A DNA stretch of 64,000 bases from an uncultured virus (IMG/VR IMGVR_UViG_3300031658_000003) (IMGVR_UViG_3300031658_000003); one strand, 5' to 3'. Positions 17,767-28,081 are shown, counted from the stretch's first letter. A program made the numbers and translations. Notes: generated by a model not told the origin, from the sequence alone.

Positions 17767-20261
17767 TTACATTTTCCACAGTTCTGTACGCATACATTCA
17801 GAGGTCTTCTTTTAAGTTGTTCGCTCACATTTTGAAAGTCACTGTTATCTAACACCTCGCCCACAGTGAAGTTAGCAAGACTATTATAACGCATATTGAA
17901 TGGATAGTCAATAGGATGATAAGGTAAAAATTTATTCTCCATAACATCTCTCGCAATAAATGCACACGGAGATGCCACACTGTTGCTACTCACATAAAAA
18001 TATCCACTCTTTCTTGCATCACACCACACAGGATCTTTCTCTTTCATCTTGGGCTTCACTGTTCTGATTTCATCGGTATGTCTAAATGATTTCAGTGTAT
18101 TGAAGTCTACTGGTATGTCTTTGTGTATGATAGTCTGTATCTTTTCTTCTGTCTCTGTCTGTTGTTTAGGTGCCACGACTTCAATTGTGTCCACATAATC
18201 GTATGTACCGGACGCAAAGGTCTGTAGATGTACAGTCACCTTTTTCTCCTTGAAGTATTTGCATATAGCCTCAAACTGCATACAGTTGACAGGATCAGTT
18301 ATCTCGCACATGAATGTTACCCACGATACATTATAGCTGTCAAATATGTTTCTGATAGTCTTTAAGGTATGCTCATACCCGTCTACAAATATATCATTGA
18401 ACTCAATGCCGCTATCGTTCTGCCTAGTTGATAGCTGAATCAATGCACCATTTGGCGCGCCATCTTCATATAGACCCCTGTAGAGATCACTGTACTGCTC
18501 ACCATGCATCGAGAAGTATTTTATGAGTGTGTTACTATCATCATCTTTCTGATTAAGTATGGTTAATAGTTCTTCTTTGGGCATGATGTTATATAGACGT
18601 TCAAAGACTTGTTCATAGTCTTCTTTATAGAACAGTTCTTTTAGATAATCCATATAATATTTCTTATACAGACTTTGAATCTCTGACTCAGATGAGTCCC
18701 AAAATATTCTCTGTATGCCAAACTTGGAGATATTGTCCATGTAGTCTTTCTTTATCGCGGGAAGGGTGTTCTTATTCCAGAGTCTACGATATAGGGCAAG
18801 ACATTGTAACCTGCTTATGTTCCAGAAATATCTCACAATACCATGTTCTTTTGCTTCATCAGCTACTACGTCATGCATTTTGACAATGTATCTACTTTTG
18901 TATATACCGTATATTTCTTCAGCGGTCTTATTCCAGTATAGTGATTGATCACCTTTCTGTATGTGATCATCATCTGGAAAGTCAGAACAGAATTTGAGAT
19001 GCATCGAAAGCATATCACCAGACTCATATAGTTCTTGTATCTGTGGTCGGTGATGTTTCTGAATCTGTTTTATAAATTTAATATCGGATATTTCACGCTC
19101 AAGTTCTGGAATATCTTTCTTGATGGTTGTGACTGTGCCTAGTAGTTGTGACTGTAACTCTGGAAAGTCTCCCATAAACTTATCAGCAAGAGATGCTAGG
19201 TCATTTTCGCTCAGTAGTTTCTCAATGTCTGCAATCACCTCAGAATTCATGTAGTTCTTTTCTAGATCAGAATCGTCAAGTGATGAGAATCCAAGCCACT
19301 CTTTCAGTGTGGCGAATTTGGTTGAGTATTGCAGCCAGTCATTATGTAGACTTGGCAAGTCTTTCTGAAATTTAGCTTGCAGAGTATCGTAGTCCGAATT
19401 GCGGAGAAGTGCTTTCACCTTTTCAGTGTGTTTATTGTGTGTGAAAAAGTTAGATGGAAACTTAGGCAGCCATAGATTCTCAAACTCATCTTTGCCATGC
19501 CAATGAATTAGCAGATTGTAGTTCTTTAATTCATGTGGCTTTACACCAATGGTATTCTTGCCCCTCACATCGACATTGAACAAGGCAAACTTAGCCTTCT
19601 CTCTGTACAATTTCTCTGTTAAGTCTTCTGGATACTGCTGTCCTCTATTATAAGAGTACACCCAATCAGCGGGCAAGAAGCTCCAGTAGTTATCTCCAAC
19701 TACATCGTGTTCTCTGTAAGGATAATAATTGTCGGTGCCTTTGAAGAAGGTTTGGAATACAGTATCTTTATGTTTCAGCACATCATTATAAATCTTTTCA
19801 CCTTGGTCGGTGCACCATAACATGACGCTAGAGTTGTATAGTGATCCCCGGACATCCGTGAAACGTCTGTCTCGCAACACTTCAGGATTCTCCCAATTAG
19901 AATAAATCATGTGGGGAGATTTGGCTAGCTCGTCTATTTCATCGATGTTGTTTTGGATGATAATGTCGAGGTCTAAATAGCAGAATGGACCTTTTGTCTT
20001 TAGCCATATATGAGAGTTGAGTACTAGAAACTTGGCTCTGTCCCAACAGTGATTCTCTCTACCGAACCAGTATTTTGGATGTAGGGGGTTTACGTCTGGT
20101 ATAGATCGTACTGTGATGTGTTTATTAAGCCCAGCGGGCTCATCCGTATAGCATACGAATTTGAAACGCTTTGAATAATTGCGTTTGATCATTCCATGAA
20201 GGTTGTTTACATAATCAGGGGAGTACTTGTTGCCCCATTTCATGCAGATAAAGTGCATCAT
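17763..20261 (-). CDS. Multidomain protein: glycosyltransferase, helical repeats, degenerate radical-SAM core, SPASM/twitch-like Cys domain
   Basis: N-terminal CMKWGNKY, CYTDE, YLDLDI, NSSVMLW; C-terminal WCDARK..YVSSNSVASPCAF..CVQNCGKC. Confidence 0.65.
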   Translation of the reverse strand: MMHFICMKWGNKYSPDYVNNLHGMIKRNYSKRFKFVCYTDEPAGLNKHITVRSIPDVNPLHPKYWFGRENHCWDRAKFLVLNSHIWLKTKGPFCYLDLDIIIQNNIDEIDELAKSPHMIYSNWENPEVLRDRRFTDVRGSLYNSSVMLWCTDQGEKIYNDVLKHKDTVFQTFFKGTDNYYPYREHDVVGDNYWSFLPADWVYSYNRGQQYPEDLTEKLYREKAKFALFNVDVRGKNTIGVKPHELKNYNLLIHWHGKDEFENLWLPKFPSNFFTHNKHTEKVKALLRNSDYDTLQAKFQKDLPSLHNDWLQYSTKFATLKEWLGFSSLDDSDLEKNYMNSEVIADIEKLLSENDLASLADKFMGDFPELQSQLLGTVTTIKKDIPELEREISDIKFIKQIQKHHRPQIQELYESGDMLSMHLKFCSDFPDDDHIQKGDQSLYWNKTAEEIYGIYKSRYIVKMHDVVADEAKEHGIVRYFWNISRLQCLALYRRLWNKNTLPAIKKDYMDNISKFGIQRIFWDSSESEIQSLYKKYYMDYLKELFYKEDYEQVFERLYNIMPKEELLTILNQKDDDSNTLIKYFSMHGEQYSDLYRGLYEDGAPNGALIQLSTRQNDSGIEFNDIFVDGYEHTLKTIRNIFDSYNVSWVTFMCEITDPVNCMQFEAICKYFKEKKVTVHLQTFASGTYDYVDTIEVVAPKQQTETEEKIQTIIHKDIPVDFNTLKSFRHTDEIRTVKPKMKEKDPVWCDARKSGYFYVSSNSVASPCAFIARDVMENKFLPYHPIDYPFNMRYNSLANFTVGEVLDNSDFQNVSEQLKRRPLNVCVQNCGKCK

Positions 20262-20889
20262 ATTTTTGTCTCAGATTCTCTTCAATTTCACTCTGCCCGT
20301 TTAACAATACTATAGGATAATCTGATTTCATTTGATACGCTCTGGGTGGGGTATCAGTCTGAACATCTACTCCGCATAGAAACGAGTAGATCAACCCCCT
20401 AGGAAACACAGCTTGGATCAAGTGTTCATTATATAAGAACCAATCATCATTATCAAGATATTTCGTGATGTAATAATCATCATTTTCTAAGAAGTATTTA
20501 TACACATGCTGGGCACTATCATTCTCCCATGCCATCACACTTGAATTATACTCAGTAGGAAACTCATCTTTGTTCTTCCAATATGTTTTGCAGATTGTTG
20601 GTGTTGAGCAATATTCAAACAGTGGTTCGATGTCTCCCTGAATAACAGTATCTAAATCTATATAAATAACTTTACCAAGATCTGGTATATTGAATAGTTC
20701 CAACTTCCTCCAATGGGATTCAAGAGACTCATCTAGCAAGACAGTCTTTATTCGGGGATCTATGTGCATTTGATTTTGGCGATCTGTTAAGCAGACGTAA
20801 TTATATTTACCTTTTGTAGCCTTATAAATATAATCGACATCACTTGAACTATATTTATCACCATAAAGGAGTGTTAAAATAGTCTTCAT
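20215..20889 (-). CDS. Glycosyltransferase-like protein
   Basis: YGDKY, CLTD, WRKLELF, IYIDLDT, YNSSVMAW, IYSF. Start moved to ATG 20889. Confidence 0.7.
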   Translation of the reverse strand: MKTILTLLYGDKYSSSDVDYIYKATKGKYNYVCLTDRQNQMHIDPRIKTVLLDESLESHWRKLELFNIPDLGKVIYIDLDTVIQGDIEPLFEYCSTPTICKTYWKNKDEFPTEYNSSVMAWENDSAQHVYKYFLENDDYYITKYLDNDDWFLYNEHLIQAVFPRGLIYSFLCGVDVQTDTPPRAYQMKSDYPIVLLNGQSEIEENLRQKYDALYLHEMGQQVLP

Positions 20890-20937
20890 ATTATAGCTAA
20901 ACTCCCACAATGATAAATACATATAAAGGAAACTTGA

Positions 20938-21267
20938 ATGGCAACCATAGCAAATCTCACTATCGACCAAGGCACAACCGTAAGTATTGTTGTGCCTGTG
21001 AAGAACACCGATGGTACTGTGAAAGACCTAACTGGATATACAGCCTATTCGCAGTTTCGCAAAAGTTATTACTCTACTACTTATACGACCTTCACCGCGA
21101 CTCACGATGACGCAGGAGGCAATATAACACTTGCATTGTCTGCAATTCAATCTAGTGCTGTAAAAGCAGGTAGATACGTCTATGATGTAGAGACACTAAC
21201 AGGAACAACAGTAGCCAGGGTGCAAGAAGGCATTATCACAGTGAATCCAGAAGTCACGAAGGTTTAA
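20938..21267 (+). CDS. Small virion structural protein preceding gp13
   Basis: ANLTIDQGT..DLTGYT..QFRKSY..GRYVYDVE..RVQEGIITVNPEVT; AAGGA RBS. Confidence 0.7.
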   Translation: MATIANLTIDQGTTVSIVVPVKNTDGTVKDLTGYTAYSQFRKSYYSTTYTTFTATHDDAGGNITLALSAIQSSAVKAGRYVYDVETLTGTTVARVQEGIITVNPEVTKV

Positions 21268-21277
21268 GGAGAAAATA

Positions 21278-22249
21278 ATGGCTAATGCATCAAGACAAGA
21301 TTTAATCGACTACTGTATGAGGAGACTCGGGTTTCCTGTCATAGAGATAAATGTCGATGAAGATCAGGTCAGCGATAGAGTAGATGACGCACTACAATTC
21401 TTCAATGAATATCATTTTGATGGCGTTGAGAAGACATATGTAAAGCATCAGGTTACTGGATCGACAATAAACATAACTAGTTCTGTAGACGCTTTCAATG
21501 CCACTGAGACAATAACCGGCTCCACTAGTGGCGCAACTGCTGAAATAGATACGTCTACCGTAGCGGGAGGCACAGCATTCATAGTTCGTAGAGTAACAGG
21601 CACATTCACTGCTAGTGAAACTATCACTGGATCTGAATCTGGTGTTACTGCAACCACTATCTCATCCAATCCTCACATTGCAGGCGATCTAGAGAATCAA
21701 TATATTCCTATTTCAACTTCTGTATTAACTATAATTAAGTTATTCCCATTTGGTGGAACTCAGGGTTCAACGTCAACTAATAATTTATTCAATCTTAATT
21801 ATCAGTTTAGAATGAACGACATGCATAATTTGCTTGCGGCTGACATGACCTATTATAGCATGATGAAGTCTCATCTGTCAACACTTGATCAGATATTTGT
21901 CAATCAACGACAGATACGTTGGAACAGAAAAACAAATAGACTCTACGTTGACACTGATTGGAATTTAACTTTTAGACCAGGCGACTATTTGATTGCACAG
22001 GCATACTCTATTATAGATCCATCGGCATACACAGAAGTGTATGATGATATGTTCTTGAAGAAATACACCACTGCTCTTATAAAAAGACAATGGGGTGAGA
22101 ACATGAAGAAGTTTGGTGGAATTCAATTGCCAGGTGGCGTAACGCTAAATGGTCCAGAGTTATTTCAAGAAGCTATGGCGGAGATCGATAAGATAGAGGA
22201 AGAGATGCAAATGAAATATGAACTGCCTCCAGCCTTTATGATAGGATAA
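21278..22249 (+). CDS. gp13: Neck protein gp13
   Basis: LIDYCMRRLGFPVIEINVDEDQ, LKKYTTALIKRQWGENMKKF. Confidence 0.9.
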   Translation: MANASRQDLIDYCMRRLGFPVIEINVDEDQVSDRVDDALQFFNEYHFDGVEKTYVKHQVTGSTINITSSVDAFNATETITGSTSGATAEIDTSTVAGGTAFIVRRVTGTFTASETITGSESGVTATTISSNPHIAGDLENQYIPISTSVLTIIKLFPFGGTQGSTSTNNLFNLNYQFRMNDMHNLLAADMTYYSMMKSHLSTLDQIFVNQRQIRWNRKTNRLYVDTDWNLTFRPGDYLIAQAYSIIDPSAYTEVYDDMFLKKYTTALIKRQWGENMKKFGGIQLPGGVTLNGPELFQEAMAEIDKIEEEMQMKYELPPAFMIG

Positions 22250-22256
22250 ATAGACA

Positions 22257-22991
22257 ATGGCTACTAATTTTTACTTTCAAAATGGTGACACTTCAGGCAC
22301 GACAGGCGAACAACGTCTAGTCGAGTCTTTGGTCATCGAAAGTTTGAAAATTTATGGACATGACATCGCATATATTCCTCGAACCATTGTAAATCGAGAT
22401 ACAATATTTGATGAAGATTCGTTATCCAAATACACCCAGCAATATCCTCTTGAAATGTATCTTGAGAATGTTGACGGCTTTGAAGGAGAAGGTGAACTAT
22501 TCGCTAAGTTTGGATTAGAGATACGAGATCAAGCAACCTTTGTCTTATCTAAAAGACGATGGGAACAAATGGTAGCGACATCAGGCGGCACGTTTCAATT
22601 AACTGCGAGACCAGCAGAGGGAGATTTACTCTACTTTTCCAAGACTGGATCAATGTTTGAAATTAAAATGGTGCAGTTTCAGAATCCATTTTATCAGTTA
22701 GGCAAGATATATGTATTTAAATTAGTTTGTGAATTGTTTGAGTACAGTTCTGAGAAGATTGATACTGGAATTGCTGACATAGATAATATCGAAGACATTA
22801 ATTCAGCAAATACATTAGAGTATGAGTTGAAGACTGAAGATGGTAACATACTTGTGACGGAGCGCAGTAATACAATTATACTAGAAGAGTTTGCGACACA
22901 GAAATCTCTCGCCAACACGGACAATGCTGACTTCCAATCGTTCACTGATATTCTAGATTTTTCTGAAGGCAACCCATTCGGTGACTTATAA
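22257..22991 (+). CDS. gp14: Neck protein gp14
   Basis: EQRLVESLVIESLKIYG, KFGLEIRD, RPAEGDLLY, FYQLGK. Confidence 0.9.
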   Translation: MATNFYFQNGDTSGTTGEQRLVESLVIESLKIYGHDIAYIPRTIVNRDTIFDEDSLSKYTQQYPLEMYLENVDGFEGEGELFAKFGLEIRDQATFVLSKRRWEQMVATSGGTFQLTARPAEGDLLYFSKTGSMFEIKMVQFQNPFYQLGKIYVFKLVCELFEYSSEKIDTGIADIDNIEDINSANTLEYELKTEDGNILVTERSNTIILEEFATQKSLANTDNADFQSFTDILDFSEGNPFGDL

Positions 22992-23986
22992 TGTTTAAGA
23001 ATAGACAATTTTACCACTCGACCACGAAGAGAGCAATCGTGGCGTTTGGTACTATCTTTAATAATATTCAAATATCTAGGAAAGATTCAGCGGGTGTTGA
23101 AGTTCAGTCTTTGAGAGTGCCGCTGGCTTACTCTCAAAAAGACAAGTTCCTCTCCAGAATTAATGCAGTTCCAGATGCCGACTCTCGTGGTGAAGTAGCT
23201 ATTACTTTACCTAGAATGGGATTTGAGATTACTGGTTTTCAATACGACACAACGAGAAAGATATCTCCAATTAGAAAAAATGTTTCGATGTCTTCTACTG
23301 ATTCAATCAATGCAAACACATCATTCGTTTCTACTCCATATGATATTGGCATGTCACTATATGTATTCGCAAAGAATCAAGAAGATGCGTTGCAGATAGC
23401 AGAACAGATAATGCCCACGTTTAATCCAGACTTCAATATTACGGTTAATGATTTACCAGAGATGGGAATTAAAAGAGACCTTAAGATTATTCTGGAAGGC
23501 ATATCATACGAAGATAATTATGAAGGTCAATACGATACGAGACAAAGTATCATATGGACATTTAATTTCGTGATGAAAGTAAACTATTATGGATTTGTAG
23601 ACACCCAAGGTCTGATACGCAAAGCAGTTGCAACCACTTGGCAGAATCCTGACTTAGCGGGGGAATATTATAGGCAAAGTTTTGAGGTTGGTAATACCAG
23701 AGCGACAGCCCTTGCAACTATTACCGGTGGTGCTGTGACCGATCTTCAAATGCAGTATGCGGGAGACGGCTATACATTCACTCCAAACGTAAGCATTGAA
23801 GGCACGGCAACCGCGGTCGCAGTGCTAGAAGGACCTAAAATTAAGAAACTCGTAATAACTAATGCCGGCTCCGGTTACAGTGAAGCACCAACTGTTGTAA
23901 TAGAAGAGCCTAATAGATTCAAAGAAATCCCTGGACCCTCTGATGCATATCAGTTTGTTGAAGACTTTGAGCAAGATTATGGATAA
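22991..23986 (+). CDS. gp15: Tail terminator/sheath stabiliser gp15 with an extra C-terminal GSGY module
   Basis: FYHSTTKRAIVAFGTIFNNI, VPLAY, TLPRMGFE, DALQIAEQIMP. Confidence 0.9.
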   Translation: MFKNRQFYHSTTKRAIVAFGTIFNNIQISRKDSAGVEVQSLRVPLAYSQKDKFLSRINAVPDADSRGEVAITLPRMGFEITGFQYDTTRKISPIRKNVSMSSTDSINANTSFVSTPYDIGMSLYVFAKNQEDALQIAEQIMPTFNPDFNITVNDLPEMGIKRDLKIILEGISYEDNYEGQYDTRQSIIWTFNFVMKVNYYGFVDTQGLIRKAVATTWQNPDLAGEYYRQSFEVGNTRATALATITGGAVTDLQMQYAGDGYTFTPNVSIEGTATAVAVLEGPKIKKLVITNAGSGYSEAPTVVIEEPNRFKEIPGPSDAYQFVEDFEQDYG

Positions 23987-23992
23987 CAAATT

Positions 23993-24430
23993 ATGGTTAA
24001 TAAAGTGTTCGATGCACTAGACGCTACTTTTGAAACGAAGAAGACCGATCTAGAGCAACTAAAATCTCCAAAACTTCCTGCAGAAGTCGTTACTGATGAT
24101 AAAGTTCAGGACGATTTTGAGGAAGCACGTATGGCAATGAAAAGGTCTATGGCATATAATGAATCGGCTATCCAGGGCATATTGGGTATCGCACAGAACA
24201 GCGACAATCCTCGGGCATTTGAGGTAGCAGGTCAATTGATTAAATCTATGGCAGAAGGTGCTAAAGATATCATGGAGATTCAAGAGAAGAAAATGAAAAT
24301 AGATAAACTTGATAATAAACAAGCCAGTACAGGTGGAACTACCAATAACCTTTTTGTGGGAAGCACTTCAGAATTGTTGAAGATGATCAACAAGGAACAA
24401 GAGAAGACAATAAATCATGAGTCAGATTGA
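23993..24430 (+). CDS. gp16: Terminase small subunit gp16
   Basis: PRAFEVAGQLIK, NNLFVGSTSELLK. Confidence 0.9.
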   Translation: MVNKVFDALDATFETKKTDLEQLKSPKLPAEVVTDDKVQDDFEEARMAMKRSMAYNESAIQGILGIAQNSDNPRAFEVAGQLIKSMAEGAKDIMEIQEKKMKIDKLDNKQASTGGTTNNLFVGSTSELLKMINKEQEKTINHESD

Positions 24431-26045
24431 AACTAGTTATCACGGTAATCCAAATCTAAAACCAGTTGGTTATGCACATAAATTTGAGCCAGATCAGATT
24501 GCTGAATATCTGAAGTGTAAAGGCGACATAATTTATTTCATTGAGACATACTGCAAGATTGTTACACTCGACCGTGGCTTACAACCTTTTATATTATACG
24601 ACTGCCAGAAAGAAAAAGTCGCATTTATTATGAGTGAGCGTAAAGCTATTTTAATGGAAGGCAGACAGCAAGGCAAAACAATTACCGCTGCCGCATGTAT
24701 TCTCCATTACTCCATATTCAATGACAGTAAAACTGTTGCCATTATGGCGAACAAGACAGCCGCGGCGCGCGAAGTGCTAAGTCGATATCAGATAATGTAT
24801 GAGAATCTTCCTATCTGGATGCAACAAGGTGTTAAGACTTGGAACAAAGGTAACGTAGACTTAGAGAATGGATCAGTCGTGTTTACGGCTGCAACAACTG
24901 CCTCTGGTATTCGTGGTAAGTCTGTTAACTGGCTATACATTGACGAAGCCGCTATCATTCCCAACAACGTGGCAGATGACTTCTTTACATCAGTATATCC
25001 TACAATCTCTGCTGGTGAAACAACTAAAATTCTACTTACCTCTACTCCTCTTGGATACAATCACTTCTGGAAATTCTGGAACGAAGCTGAGAAAGGAAAG
25101 AACGGCTTCAAGAATATGTTCATTCATTATTCTAGAATTCCAGGTAGAGATGAGAAATGGGCACAAGAACAACTTAATCTATTGGGTGAATTGAAGTTCA
25201 ACCAAGAAGTCTTATGTGAATTTTTAGGATCATCTAACACTCTTATTAATGGTAAGTCACTTGGTAGAATGAGTTCATATGAGCCAATATACGAGAAAGA
25301 TGGTCTTCAGTTATATGAAGAACCTAAAAAGGATAAATATTATGTATCAGTAGTTGACACATCTAGAGGCATAGGAGGAGACTTCAGTGCATTTATCATA
25401 GTTGATATTACTGAGATGCCGTTCAGGTTAGTAGGTAAGTACAAGAACAATAAAATATCTCCTTTACTATATCCTAATGTCATTCACAAAGTAGCTAAAG
25501 ATTACAATGAGGCTTTTGTTCTCGTTGAAACTAATGACATAGGACAACAGGTGGTAGATATACTTCATCAAGAGTTGGAGTATGAAAATATTTTTAGTGT
25601 GGTACAAGAGAACAATAAGCAATATGTATCTCCTGGCTTCGGTAAGAAATCAAGTCTCGGAGTAAGAACCTCTAAGGCTGTTAAGAGACAGGGATGCTTT
25701 GGACTTAAAGCGTTGATAGAAGAACAGAAGCTATTGATATTCGATGCTGATTGTATCTCTGAGTTGTCTACTTTTATTGAAAGGAATGGTACTTTTGTTG
25801 CAGACGAAGGTTATAATGACGACCTTGCTATGTGTCTGGTGTTATTTTCTTGGTTAACGACTAATACGTTCTTCAAAGATTTAACTAGTGTAGATATGAG
25901 GGACAATCTGTATAATTCGCAGATGGGTATGATTGCCTCAGACCTAACACCATTTGGGCTTATTGATGATGGTCAGAAAGAAGAAGTTTTTGTGGAAGCA
26001 GGTGATGTGTGGATGTGGGCAGACGAACAGCCCAAATGGCATTGA
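24417..26045 (+). CDS. gp17: Terminase large subunit gp17
   Basis: YHGNPNLK, RQQGKT (Walker A), YIDEAA (Walker B), STPLG, DDLAM. Confidence 0.95.
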   Translation: MSQIETSYHGNPNLKPVGYAHKFEPDQIAEYLKCKGDIIYFIETYCKIVTLDRGLQPFILYDCQKEKVAFIMSERKAILMEGRQQGKTITAAACILHYSIFNDSKTVAIMANKTAAAREVLSRYQIMYENLPIWMQQGVKTWNKGNVDLENGSVVFTAATTASGIRGKSVNWLYIDEAAIIPNNVADDFFTSVYPTISAGETTKILLTSTPLGYNHFWKFWNEAEKGKNGFKNMFIHYSRIPGRDEKWAQEQLNLLGELKFNQEVLCEFLGSSNTLINGKSLGRMSSYEPIYEKDGLQLYEEPKKDKYYVSVVDTSRGIGGDFSAFIIVDITEMPFRLVGKYKNNKISPLLYPNVIHKVAKDYNEAFVLVETNDIGQQVVDILHQELEYENIFSVVQENNKQYVSPGFGKKSSLGVRTSKAVKRQGCFGLKALIEEQKLLIFDADCISELSTFIERNGTFVADEGYNDDLAMCLVLFSWLTTNTFFKDLTSVDMRDNLYNSQMGMIASDLTPFGLIDDGQKEEVFVEAGDVWMWADEQPKWH

Positions 26046-26067
26046 ACTAGAGAGAAAACGCAGAACT

Positions 26068-26075
26068 TATAAATA
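26068..26075 (+). promoter_or_regulatory. Late promoter
   Basis: Intergenic TATAAATA before gp18. Confidence 0.85.
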
Positions 26076-26123
26076 ATAACAGGAATATATGATAATAACC
26101 GTAATTCAAACGAGGAGAATAAC

Positions 26124-28043
26124 ATGGCTTTTCAGCTATCACCCGGAGTTCTGACAAGAGAACAAGACCTCACCAATGTCGTGCCTGCGGTCGCTACCAC
26201 TATCGGTGGCATCGTAGGTGATTACAACTGGGGTCCTGCAAATCAAATACAAAGTATAGATTCAGAAAACAATTTAGTAGCAGTGTTTGGGAAGCCAACC
26301 ACAGCGAACTTCTTAGATTTTATGACAACTTCATCTTTCTTAGCATATGGCAGTAACTGTCTTGTGATTCGAGAAGTTGGCGATGCCGCAAGAAACGCAG
26401 TTTCTTCTGGTACTGCTATTGTAATTAAAAACTCAGAACAATTTCAAGAGTCGTATTCAGCAGGTGAAGGATCTGTTGGTCCGTTCGCGGCAAAGTATGC
26501 AGGTTCTAAAGGAAACTCTTTGAAAGTTTCTATCGCAGACTTTGGTTCATACACTAATACTTCATTAAAGTCGTTGACTATTACCGCTGCTGGATCAGGA
26601 TACTCTGATACTCCCACGGTAACAATATCTGCGCCTGACGTTGGCACGGCTACTGCAACTGCAGCCGCAACAGTCGTTGGTGGTGCAATTACTGCAATTG
26701 CTGTTGTCTTCCCGGGAGCAGGATACACAGGTGTACCTACTGCTACTATTACAGACGGCACTGGAAGCGGAGCAACTGCGACCACAGTGTTGACCGATGC
26801 TTGGCCGTATGCGAGTCAGTTTGATTCTGTCCCAAGTACTACAACGTACGGTCTTTCGGCAGGTACTACACTAGACGAAATGCATGCTGTTGTTATAGAT
26901 GAAGATGGAGAATTTACCGGTGTTGCTGGTACTGTTATTGAAAAATTTGCAGGTATCTCTAAAGCATCCGATGCTAAAGACGATGTAAATCAAAGCAATT
27001 ACTACAAGAATGTAATCAATCAGCGTTCAAAGTACATCTGGTCTATGGATCACTTGGCTATAGGAACTGATTGGGGCAATCTTGCAACTGCCGAAGCTAC
27101 TTACGCCTGTATTCAACAAGTCTCCGCAGATCATACAGTATCTTTAACTCTTGGGGTTGACGCGGCTCCTGCCTCTGCCGACTTACAATCGGGTTACTTG
27201 CTACTTTCCAACGATGAATTAGTTGACGTAGCATTAATAATGACTTCTGGTCACTCGATGGCTATTGCTGATTACGCAATTGATAACGTAGCAGAGATTC
27301 GCAAAGACTGTATGGTATTCGTATCGCCACTAAGAGCATCATGTGTAAACAATGTTGGTTCGGAAGTAACGGCTGTTAAGGCGGATCTCTCGGCTCTTAC
27401 GCGCAGTTCTTATGCTACTATGGATAGCGGCTGGAAATACATGTATGATCGTTACAATGACCGCTATGTTTACGTCCCATTGAATGGTGATATTGCTGGT
27501 ACTTGTGTTGTTGCAGACGTATCAAATGATCCATGGTTCTCTCCTGCTGGTTATAATCGCGGTGTGATCAAGAATGCTGTTAAGTTAGCATGGTCACCTA
27601 AGAAGTCAGAGCGAGATACACTTTACTCTGCTGGCATTAATCCAGTTGTTGGATTTCCTGGCAACGGCATAGTTCTTTTCGGAGACAAGACTCTTCTTGC
27701 TAAGCCTTCAGCATTCAACCGAATCAATGTACGCCGGTTGTTTATTGTACTGGAGAAAGCTGTTGCGACTGCTGCCAAGTTTCAGTTGTTTGAGTTTAAC
27801 GATGCATTTACACGAGCGCAGTTCAGATCACTGGTCGAACCGTTCTTACGAGATGTACAAGGTAGACGCGGGATTTATGACTTCCGAGTGGTGTGTAATG
27901 AAACAAACAACACTGCTGAAATCATAGATCAAAATGAGTTCAGGGCAGATATATTCGTCAAGCCTGCAAAGTCAATTAACTTTATTACATTGACATTTGT
28001 TGCTACACGAACTGGTATCTCTTTTGAAGAACTTGGTGCCTAA
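26124..28043 (+). CDS. gp18: Tail sheath protein gp18
   Basis: MAFQLSPGV, PWFSPAGYNRG, FNRINVRRLF, KPAKSINFI. Confidence 0.95.
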   Translation: MAFQLSPGVLTREQDLTNVVPAVATTIGGIVGDYNWGPANQIQSIDSENNLVAVFGKPTTANFLDFMTTSSFLAYGSNCLVIREVGDAARNAVSSGTAIVIKNSEQFQESYSAGEGSVGPFAAKYAGSKGNSLKVSIADFGSYTNTSLKSLTITAAGSGYSDTPTVTISAPDVGTATATAAATVVGGAITAIAVVFPGAGYTGVPTATITDGTGSGATATTVLTDAWPYASQFDSVPSTTTYGLSAGTTLDEMHAVVIDEDGEFTGVAGTVIEKFAGISKASDAKDDVNQSNYYKNVINQRSKYIWSMDHLAIGTDWGNLATAEATYACIQQVSADHTVSLTLGVDAAPASADLQSGYLLLSNDELVDVALIMTSGHSMAIADYAIDNVAEIRKDCMVFVSPLRASCVNNVGSEVTAVKADLSALTRSSYATMDSGWKYMYDRYNDRYVYVPLNGDIAGTCVVADVSNDPWFSPAGYNRGVIKNAVKLAWSPKKSERDTLYSAGINPVVGFPGNGIVLFGDKTLLAKPSAFNRINVRRLFIVLEKAVATAAKFQLFEFNDAFTRAQFRSLVEPFLRDVQGRRGIYDFRVVCNETNNTAEIIDQNEFRADIFVKPAKSINFITLTFVATRTGISFEELGA

Positions 28044-28049
28044 AGCCAG

Positions 28050-28057
28050 TATAAATA
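28050..28057 (+). promoter_or_regulatory. Late promoter
   Basis: Intergenic TATAAATA before gp19. Confidence 0.85.
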
Positions 28058-28081
28058 GAAGTATTCAGACAGGAGAAAAAA

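Noticed and set aside
14269..20889. Island as a T4-style DNA glucosylation system
   Set aside because: Not excluded, but disfavoured: motifs are GT-A type, the location is among virion genes, and no hydroxymethylase is in the window
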